Source: Candidatus Micrarchaeota archaeon (lineage in GTDB: Archaea; Micrarchaeota; Micrarchaeia; Anstonellales; Bilamarchaeaceae). Taken from it: a DNA stretch of 18,616 nucleotides. Where the stretch lies: positions 1 to 18,616 of the forward strand of contig JBBSVO010000003.1 in NCBI GenBank assembly GCA_038046805.1, given 5' to 3'. The position numbers and the translations under genes are program-made. This document shows positions 1 to 6,675 of this stretch, one piece after another. Numbering within the stretch: position 1 is the first letter of the stretch; each line of letters begins with the position of its first letter. The notes under the pieces are model-generated. The model was not told the origin of the DNA and ran no database searches. It saw only the letters and a program-made list of their open reading frames with translations.

Positions 1-20
1 ACGGCGCTCCGTTCATTGCG

Positions 21-63
21 CCCATTGTTCGAGCCGTCGAACAATCGGGACGGCTGAAGCCGT
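21..63. repeat. Two adjacent GC-rich hairpins downstream of glyA (REP-like palindromes or terminator-associated structure)
   Basis: ATTGTTCGA-GCCG-TCGAACAAT (24-45) is a perfect 9-bp stem, extendable by CCC/GGG. It is followed by ACGGC-TGAA-GCCGT (50-63). Confidence 0.55.
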
Positions 64-102
64 GTTCCTAATTATTTCTTTGGTAGGTTTCCCGCGCCCC
101 CC

Positions 103-1380
103 TTAAACCCCCTCGACTAAATAAAGCCGACTTTCCTTTATCCCCGGAACTCTAAATGTTTTGCACATTGCTTTAACATTCTCCTTTATTTTCATTAATT
201 CGTTTTCATCGTTTCGATTTTGTAATGCTGCGATAATCCATTGAGCCAGTTTTTCCATTTCTGCTTCTTTCATTCCCCTGGTTGTTGCCGCTGGGGCTCC
301 AATTCTTATTCCGCTTGGTTTCATTGGAGGATTTGGATCATCTGGAATAACTTGTTTATTAACTGTAATAGCAATTTTATCTAACGTCGTTTCGGCTTCT
401 TTTCCACCCATTCCAAAACTAGTTACCGTATCTAGTACCATCATGTGATTATCAGTACCATTGGTGACGAGTTTTGCACCATTATCCATTAAGGTTTTTG
501 CCAGAACTTTAGCATTTTTTAATACCTGAGAGGCATATTCCTTGAACTCGGGCTGTAATGCTTCTTTTAATGAAACTGCGATTCCGGCAATATTATTCAT
601 GTGCGGTCCGCCTTGTAGACCCGGAAACACAGATTTGTTGATTATTTCTGCGAACTCCTTCTTGCAGAGCACCATTCCGCCTCTGGGTCCACGAAGTGTT
701 TTGTGTGTGGTAGTAGTGACGATGTCAAACCCATAATCGAACGGATTTCTCATGACACCACCTGCGATAAGTCCGCCGATATGCGCGACATCTGCCATAG
801 TTATTGCTCCAACTTCGTCTGCAATTTTCTTAAAATCAGTATAATCGTAATCCCTAGGGTAACTAGTATATCCACATAAAACTATTTTTGGTTTTGTTTC
901 TCTCGCAACTCTTGCCAGTTCATCAAAATCAATTCTTCCATTCTCTTCTGGATGTGTTTTATATCTGACAAAATTGAATGTTTTACCCATATGGCTTACT
1001 GGATGACCATGCGTAAGATGCCCACCATGACTAAGGTCCATGCCAAGAACAGTGTCACCTGGCTTAAGAAACGCAAAATAAACTGCCTGATTCATTGGAC
1101 TGCCGGAAAGAGGTTGTACATTTGCATGATCTGCCTTGAAAAGTTTTTTCGCGCGTTCTATGGCTAGGGTTTCAATCACGTCAGTGAACTCGTTCCCACC
1201 ATAATATCTTTTGCCAGGATAACCTTCAGAGTATTTATTCGTGAAAACACTACCTATTGCCTGAAGAACCGCGGCTGAAACATAATTTTCACTTGGTATC
1301 AGCTCAACACCAACACTTTGCCTGTCCATTTCTGAAACCAATGCGCTATATACCTCTGGGTCAACAGCTTTAAGAGACAT
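103..1380 (-). CDS. glyA: Serine hydroxymethyltransferase, bacterial-type
   Basis: Motifs ELIPSEN, YSEGYPGKRYYGG, GGHLTHG, DVAHIGG, TTTTHKTLRGPRGG (PLP lysine), GTDNH, SGIRIG. The start is either ATG 1380 (MSLKAVDPE) or GTG 1389 as in the ORF track. Confidence 0.98.
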   Translation of the reverse strand: MSLKAVDPEVYSALVSEMDRQSVGVELIPSENYVSAAVLQAIGSVFTNKYSEGYPGKRYYGGNEFTDVIETLAIERAKKLFKADHANVQPLSGSPMNQAVYFAFLKPGDTVLGMDLSHGGHLTHGHPVSHMGKTFNFVRYKTHPEENGRIDFDELARVARETKPKIVLCGYTSYPRDYDYTDFKKIADEVGAITMADVAHIGGLIAGGVMRNPFDYGFDIVTTTTHKTLRGPRGGMVLCKKEFAEIINKSVFPGLQGGPHMNNIAGIAVSLKEALQPEFKEYASQVLKNAKVLAKTLMDNGAKLVTNGTDNHMMVLDTVTSFGMGGKEAETTLDKIAITVNKQVIPDDPNPPMKPSGIRIGAPAATTRGMKEAEMEKLAQWIIAALQNRNDENELMKIKENVKAMCKTFRVPGIKESRLYLVEGV

Positions 1381-1412
1381 AGAAAACACGTATCTTCGTA
1401 TTGCAGTTCAGG

Positions 1413-1425
1413 TTTTTATATTTAT
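1413..1425 (-). promoter_or_regulatory. Archaeal TATA box for glyA
   Basis: Minus strand reads ATAAATATAAAAA about 25-35 nt upstream of GTG 1389. Confidence 0.55.
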
Positions 1426-1449
1426 TGGCCATGAGCAATGGGCACGTAG

Positions 1450-1543
1450 TGATCCGCGCGAGCATAAGCGAAGCGCTCGTGCGTAATGATCCGCGCGAAC
1501 CAAAAGGGTGAAGCGCTTTGCAACCGTGATCCGCGCGAAGCGC
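1450..1543. repeat. Tandem dual-repeat array: TGATCCGCGCGA x3 alternating with GAAGCGC(T) x3
   Basis: Exact 12-mer at 1450, 1487 and 1527. GAAGCGCT at 1470 and 1510, GAAGCGC at 1537. Unit lengths 37 and 40 nt, with the third unit collapsed. Confidence 0.85.
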
Positions 1544-1572
1544 AATGTTCACGGCTCAAGGCAGTTATACGC

Positions 1573-3531
1573 TCATTCATCCTGGAAAATTTCCCCTAAA
1601 AGAGAGCCTGTTGTGAATCTCCAAGGCTTAAGGAATGCAGGCACGCCTTCATTGTTTTCTATTCCAGATGCAAGCAAAAACTCGCGGAGTTTGGTTTTCT
1701 TTAGATTACCAGAGGAATTATTGCTCGCAGAAGAAGAACCGCTTTTGCACGCCCCATTAGAGCAAATAGAGGAATAACCAGGACACTTCTTTTGCACAGC
1801 CATAATGTTTCCTTTGGAGTCGCAGTAGATCTCCTTAACGTAATTGGCCCCGCCTTTGATTATGCATTTATCTTCTAGAGATACTGAATCGGAAGTTCCA
1901 TCATCAAAGGTCGTTGTTGTAGTTGCCACGCCTTTAACAGATGCAGCCGCACCGCCATCCGAATCAACGCACTTTGTGGATACAACCGATTTCTTCCAGC
2001 ACGCGCCATCCTTGCAGGAATATTGTACAGGGCATTTCTCTGGCGAATAAACCCAATCACTGCCATCCTTATTGCACGTTCCCTCGCTTATAGTGGAGGT
2101 GTCAACACAACCATCAGAAGCAGATGCCTTAACGCTTCCATCTGAATTGTATATCGTAGTTGTTCCTTTTTTGTTCTTATTATCCCCGCCATCAGTGTCC
2201 GTACACGTTGTTGTGGAAGATGAGGATGAAACTGGAATGGAAACGTTCACCGCGACGAGTGGAGCGGATTTTGGTACCGCTGAAGACGCGGATTTTTTCA
2301 CACATGCTCCGTCAGAACATTTATAGCCCTGGGGACAGGTAAATTTTTGAGAGGAAATGAATTTATCAGAAGAACAATACATTTCATTCAAAAATCCATC
2401 CTCACTGCACGAATCCGTTGCTGTAGTGACATTAGGTACGGTTGCTGTTCCCTTCTTATAATATTTCTTACCGCCATCGCTGTCGGTACATTTGACGCTT
2501 TCTTCAGTTTTTACGCATGCCCCTTTAGTGCAAACAGAACCTGGGAGGACATTCTCGCATTTTAGAGTCTCCTTTGTAACCCCTGAAATGTCCGCGCATT
2601 TATAATTAATAACGGATTTTTCATCCCCAGAACATCCATCTGTATAGGTTTTAGAAGTCCCGTCGTAATAAAAAATCTTGACTTCGCCCGCTATTGTTGG
2701 CAATTTCGCAGATTCGGGGTCGTTAACTTCAGTGCTATATGCAGTTCCAATTGTGCACGCTTTTTGCTTTGACACGCACGCTCCGTTTGAACACGAATAT
2801 CCAGTTTCACAGGATTTTATAGCATATGCATATGGGGAATTCAAGGATTCTGACATCGCTCCGCTAACACAATAATATTCTTTGACGTTAACAGTACCAT
2901 CGCAGGAATCAGTATAGGAATATTTTGCTCCGCTCGCATCTATTCCACTTACAGTTCCTTTTTTGTCAAGAATTGAACCCTCATCGGTCTCCGTACACGT
3001 TTGGGTGACAGCTACGCAAGCACCATCCTTGCATGTTTTTCCCTCACCGCAAGAAAGTTTTGCTGTTTTGTACCCGGTAGGCGTGCAAACGAACTCGTTT
3101 ACGCCTCCATCAGCACTGCAAGAATCACTCTCTGAGTATTGTGTTCCATCCAAAGTTGTTCCGCTCACAGTCCCCTTTTTATTGAGATTCGAACCATCGG
3201 TATCGGTGCATTTCGGAACCGAAGTCTCTTTTTTTATACATGCACCGTCTTTGCATGTTTTTCCTTCCCCACATTCCTCACTAATAGCAAGGGGATTTAT
3301 TTTATCAAAACAATAATATTCCATTACCTTTGAGCCGGACACACAATAATCGTCATTTGCGTATGTGTCCCCGTTTGAGAGCACTCCTGTTACCTTCCCC
3401 TTATCATAAAAAAATTTTCCTCCATCCGAATCAGTGCATGATGCATCTGCACTAGAAGCGATTCCAACATTCAATAAAACAAACAGAAAAAACACACTGA
3501 TAAATCCGGAAAACGGGCTGTTTGGATTCAT
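1573..3531 (-). CDS. Secreted/surface Cys-rich repeat protein 1 (7 x CxD(S/T)DGG...GAC six-cysteine repeats)
   Basis: Hydrophobic N-terminal signal (FISVFFLFVLLNVGIA). Seven repeats of C-x-D-S/T-D-G-G..KG..D-x-C..E-x-x-C..C..C-x-x-G-A-C, the fourth degenerate. ATG 3531 is preferred over GTG 3540 because the paralog starts MNPN and both genes have GTGAG just upstream. Confidence 0.88.
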   Translation of the reverse strand: MNPNSPFSGFISVFFLFVLLNVGIASSADASCTDSDGGKFFYDKGKVTGVLSNGDTYANDDYCVSGSKVMEYYCFDKINPLAISEECGEGKTCKDGACIKKETSVPKCTDTDGSNLNKKGTVSGTTLDGTQYSESDSCSADGGVNEFVCTPTGYKTAKLSCGEGKTCKDGACVAVTQTCTETDEGSILDKKGTVSGIDASGAKYSYTDSCDGTVNVKEYYCVSGAMSESLNSPYAYAIKSCETGYSCSNGACVSKQKACTIGTAYSTEVNDPESAKLPTIAGEVKIFYYDGTSKTYTDGCSGDEKSVINYKCADISGVTKETLKCENVLPGSVCTKGACVKTEESVKCTDSDGGKKYYKKGTATVPNVTTATDSCSEDGFLNEMYCSSDKFISSQKFTCPQGYKCSDGACVKKSASSAVPKSAPLVAVNVSIPVSSSSSTTTCTDTDGGDNKNKKGTTTIYNSDGSVKASASDGCVDTSTISEGTCNKDGSDWVYSPEKCPVQYSCKDGACWKKSVVSTKCVDSDGGAAASVKGVATTTTTFDDGTSDSVSLEDKCIIKGGANYVKEIYCDSKGNIMAVQKKCPGYSSICSNGACKSGSSSASNNSSGNLKKTKLREFLLASGIENNEGVPAFLKPWRFTTGSLLGEIFQDE

Positions 3532-3577
3532 AATACTCACGATTATACTCTTATCGCGAAGTATATTAACTTAACGC

Positions 3578-5236
3578 TTAATCCCCATACTTCTTTTTTA
3601 CTTCTTCAATTCTCTTGTCAATGCCTTTCTCGGCCTCAAGTCGCTCAAGCTGGTATTCACTCATGTCCACGAATTTCATGTGCGCGGAAAGATTCGGATG
3701 GACACGCTTGATTTCGAGATGGATTTGCTGAGCGATTCTCCTATAGTCTATATGCCCCTGCGGCATGCTCCTTAATTCGCAGAAATGATATGCTGCTCTC
3801 AAATTCATTGAAATATACCAGCGAATTTTGTAGGCAAGCGGAACAATATACTGAGCCTCGTGCGGAAATTTTGATTCTAATTTTTCAAATGCTGATTTTG
3901 TTGTTTCCATCGCATCGCGGAATTCTTTTTCAAATCCGAACTCAGGGATTTCCGGGGGCAAATCATAACCATGATGCGTTGAAAGAAGCTGGCGCTCCTG
4001 CGTAAGCACGCGTTGGCGGTGTAAATCTCGATACATCCCGTAGTTTCCTAGAATATCAAATGTGTAATTAATATTTTCAAATGCCCGCCCTGGCCTGTGG
4101 CGGCGGTTCGTTCTACGCACGCAATATTCGTCAATTATTTTTTTTCTTTGTTCCGCATTCATTGAATCAACTTTGCAGAGAATGGCTTCGAGAGGAAGGT
4201 GAGAATGCTGATAAAGTATTGCCGCAACTGCCTTCTTTTCCGAGATTTCATTTGAGTCATAATAGACAAGAGTTACGGAATTTGCAGGCGGGATTGAATC
4301 TGTGCTGCCGGCACCCTCTCTCGCAATCGCATTTATCGCTTTCTCGGTTTCCGAAATGTAATCTTGCTGGATCTTTCCGTACTGGTCATTAGCACGCTTA
4401 ACAAACGAAGGTATCACTTTTGATAATTCCACGTGCATTTCCATTGCAATGTGTCTTATTTCCGCCAGCGGATGAGCATACATTTTCATTATCAGGTATT
4501 CGAATGCACGTCCGTTTCCGAAAAGACCCAGATTCGTTATCGTTCCTGCAGGTAGGATGCCGCGGAGGATGTCACATGTTTTAGCACGCACTGTTGATGC
4601 GTAGGCACGTTCGCTAACATTAGAGTCCCGCGGATATTTTTTCATTATTTTTTCCGAAACTTTTGGAATAAGTGTGGAGTATATGTCAAAAAGCCCGGTG
4701 GCAGTTCTTTTATATAAATCCGCAAACTCAGCACCATCTCCCCCGCAAAGCGCAGGTTCATCAAGATAAAGATAGTGCCCATTTGCATCTTTCTGATCAA
4801 AATACACGTAGCGCGTGGATTTTTCCAATGGAGAAATACCGATTCGTGCGTCCTCGATTACCTTGGAAGCGATTATCGAAACGTTTTCAACTGCAATGTG
4901 CGCTCCTGCGAGTTCGGCAACGCTGTCATCCCCGAATCCGACAAGAACGCGATCATAGAATTCCTCTGCCTTTTTTATTGCCACTAATTCATCAGTTCCA
5001 TGCTTCGAAACATCGTAATTCACGATTTCATGGAATCCGGTTTCCGGCTTGTTGATAAACTCGTCAAATAAAACACGTCTAAGACTCTTTTGACTTCTGC
5101 TGTATCTTGAGAAAAGCGCACCCATCACTACTTCTGGGAGATTTTTAAGGGCAAAGATTGATTTGTCAGTGTTTGTCATGAATCTTGAGAGGATTGTTTT
5201 CTCTTCTTCAGTGAATTGTTCCATAATTAGCACCAT
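3578..5236 (-). CDS. thyX: FAD-dependent thymidylate synthase, long tandem-domain form
   Basis: ALFSRYSRS, GFGDDSVAEL and PLEKSTRYV in the N-domain; RDLHRQR and ELRS..QGH.DYR in the C-domain. At 552 aa it is about two ThyX folds. The start may be ATG 5224. Confidence 0.93.
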   Translation of the reverse strand: MVLIMEQFTEEEKTILSRFMTNTDKSIFALKNLPEVVMGALFSRYSRSQKSLRRVLFDEFINKPETGFHEIVNYDVSKHGTDELVAIKKAEEFYDRVLVGFGDDSVAELAGAHIAVENVSIIASKVIEDARIGISPLEKSTRYVYFDQKDANGHYLYLDEPALCGGDGAEFADLYKRTATGLFDIYSTLIPKVSEKIMKKYPRDSNVSERAYASTVRAKTCDILRGILPAGTITNLGLFGNGRAFEYLIMKMYAHPLAEIRHIAMEMHVELSKVIPSFVKRANDQYGKIQQDYISETEKAINAIAREGAGSTDSIPPANSVTLVYYDSNEISEKKAVAAILYQHSHLPLEAILCKVDSMNAEQRKKIIDEYCVRRTNRRHRPGRAFENINYTFDILGNYGMYRDLHRQRVLTQERQLLSTHHGYDLPPEIPEFGFEKEFRDAMETTKSAFEKLESKFPHEAQYIVPLAYKIRWYISMNLRAAYHFCELRSMPQGHIDYRRIAQQIHLEIKRVHPNLSAHMKFVDMSEYQLERLEAEKGIDKRIEEVKKKYGD

Positions 5237-5255
5237 AGCTATTGCGGGCGTTTGG

Positions 5256-5263
5256 TTTTAAAA
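5256..5263. promoter_or_regulatory. Palindromic TATA-like box TTTTAAAA (thyX promoter candidate)
   Basis: Lies 20-27 nt upstream of thyX ATG 5236 in the divergent thyX/tRNA intergenic region. Confidence 0.45.
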
Positions 5264-5302
5264 TCTGAGTGGAGCAAAATAAATAATACAATACTGCTTA
5301 GA

Positions 5303-5343
5303 GCCGAGTTCAGTTTGAAACTGCTGTTTCAAATCACTCGGCA
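5303..5343 (+). other. tRNA-Ser-like minihelix hairpin upstream of the tRNA gene
   Basis: GCCGAGT-TCAG-TTTGAAAC-TGCT-GTTTCAAA-TC-ACTCGGC-A. The outer 7-bp stem is identical to the acceptor stem of the adjacent tRNA. Confidence 0.7.
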
Positions 5344-5357
5344 TTCTTTACACTTAT

Positions 5358-5511
5358 GCCGAGTTCGCATAACCTGGTAGTGCGTCGGTCTTGAAATCAT
5401 ATTGATTTTGAGAACTTGAGAACGAAGCGTCGTTCTCATGGTCTTGAATTAGATAAATTTCAGGATAACCGATTCCCCTGTGGATTGTAGGTTCAAATCC
5501 TGCACTCGGCG
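5358..5511 (+). tRNA. tRNA-Ser (anticodon UGA) with a 71-nt intron at position 37/38 (intron 5396-5466)
   Basis: Acceptor GCCGAGT/ACTCGGC with G73; D-arm GCA..TGC; anticodon stem TCGGT/ACCGA with loop CT-TGA-A|A; type-II variable arm; T-arm GTAGG-TTCAAAT-CCTGC. The BHB central helix is CTTG/CAGG with 3' bulge AT|A. CCA is not encoded. Confidence 0.95.
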
Positions 5512-5568
5512 TTTTGCGTTCAAAACGACGAATCTTGAACGCTTGACTGTCGTTCAAGGCTTCGGCGT
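5510..5568. repeat. Overlapping, mutually exclusive inverted repeats in the tRNA trailer
   Basis: CGTTTTG/CAAAACG (5510-5527), GCGTTCAA/TTGAACGC (5516-5542) and CTTGAACG/CGTTCAAG (5534-5558). TCGGCGT is directly repeated at 5506 and 5562. Confidence 0.7.
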
Positions 5569-5592
5569 ATTGTTTTTATCTAGGGTGAGTAC

Positions 5593-6669
5593 ATGGTTTT
5601 TGAGAAGATTTTGTTTTCCTCTGTCATTTTAATTTTATTATTGATTGCTGGATGCACACAACCGGAAAAAAATGAAATAAAGGAAAGCGGGATTGCGAAA
5701 ATTGTAAAAAACATTCCGGCCGAAACGAGCGGAACAACTCCAACTTCTGCGCCAAATCCAAAATCATCAACACTGCGCGGGTTCAGCCTTTCACCTAAAA
5801 GTTACGAGGGCAAGGATTTTACCGGATTCTTTGAAAAGGTAGCCAAAACCCAAAACTTGGAACGCGGGACCGTCATCTCCTGGGCCGGTGACTGGAATGA
5901 ACTTGGAAACGAAAAGGGCGGCCCGGCAGTAGTGATGGAACTCGCAAAACAATATAATTATGTCCCGCTCGTGGAAGCCCAATTTTTCACGCAATCAACC
6001 GGAAAGTTGCTAAGGCCACTTGATACGGAAACAAAACAAAAATATAAGGAAAGCGCGGTAAGTTTCGCAAAGAAATACAAGCCGGAATACCTTGCGATTG
6101 GAATCGAAATAAATATTCTTTATGAAAAATCTCCGGAGGACTTTGATAATTTCGTGGAGTTCTACCCAGAGGTATACACCGCAATAAAAGAAGTATCCCC
6201 TAACACAAAAGTATTCAAGATATTCCAGCTTGAAAAAATGAAAGGTCTTAACGGAGGATTGTTTGGAGGAGAGAATAATCAAGCGAATGCGCAATGGCAG
6301 CTTCTTGAAAAGTTCAAAAAGTCAGACATTATTGCGTTTACTACTTACCCTGGCTTGATATATGCAGACCATTCTGAAATTCCAGTTGATTACTACTCAG
6401 AAATCAAAGCTCACACTCAAAAGCCAATCGCGTTCACGGAAACCGGATGGCACAGCGCAGCAAGCCCTAAAGACTGGGAAAGCAGCGAAGAAGAACAAGC
6501 GGAATTCGTCAAAATATTTTTTAGCCGCACGAACAAATTGGAGAGCGAATTCGTTATCTGGAGCTTTTTATACGACCAGAAAACAATTGAACCTTTCAAC
6601 AGTATGGGAATGTATGGTGCGGATGGCAGTGAAAAGGCTTCATGGAAGGAATGGCTGGATGCGAAGTGA
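5593..6669 (+). CDS. Lipoprotein, putative clan GH-A TIM-barrel glycoside hydrolase (GH53-like)
   Basis: Lipobox LIAGC followed by a Pro/Thr/Ser linker. YLAIGIEIN fits the acid/base Glu position and KPIAFTETGW the nucleophile Glu position. SD-like GGGTGAG lies upstream. Confidence 0.72.
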   Translation: MVFEKILFSSVILILLLIAGCTQPEKNEIKESGIAKIVKNIPAETSGTTPTSAPNPKSSTLRGFSLSPKSYEGKDFTGFFEKVAKTQNLERGTVISWAGDWNELGNEKGGPAVVMELAKQYNYVPLVEAQFFTQSTGKLLRPLDTETKQKYKESAVSFAKKYKPEYLAIGIEINILYEKSPEDFDNFVEFYPEVYTAIKEVSPNTKVFKIFQLEKMKGLNGGLFGGENNQANAQWQLLEKFKKSDIIAFTTYPGLIYADHSEIPVDYYSEIKAHTQKPIAFTETGWHSAASPKDWESSEEEQAEFVKIFFSRTNKLESEFVIWSFLYDQKTIEPFNSMGMYGADGSEKASWKEWLDAK

Positions 6670-6675
6670 ATTTAT

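Noticed and set aside
1450..1543. CRISPR array
   Set aside because: The repeat is only 12 nt with three copies, the intervening sequences share an internal constant block, and no cas genes are in the window. Kept as a non-CRISPR array.
1390..1572. ZTP/THF/glycine riboswitch upstream of glyA
   Set aside because: I could not see the consensus elements, and the structured region lies upstream of the apparent TATA box, so it is probably not in the glyA 5' UTR.
1370..1777. 60-aa (-) and 89-aa (+) ORFs across the repeat array, and the similar antisense ORF at 11173-11406
   Set aside because: Non-ATG starts within repeat DNA. The shared NSRSLVFxRLPEE is just the antisense of the conserved C-terminal motif.
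1573..3531. Multiheme cytochrome or metal-cluster protein
   Set aside because: There are no CxxCH motifs. An even six Cys per module plus a signal peptide fits disulfides better.
3578..5236. Intein or fusion explaining the long ThyX
   Set aside because: No intein terminal motifs are seen. The length fits the known tandem-domain ThyX form.
5358..5511. Selenocysteine or opal-suppressor tRNA
   Set aside because: The anticodon is 5'-UGA-3', which reads UCA (Ser), not UCA. The 7-bp acceptor and 5-bp T stems are standard.
5354..5557. 67-aa minus-strand ORF
   Set aside because: Antisense to the tRNA gene; a typical shadow ORF.
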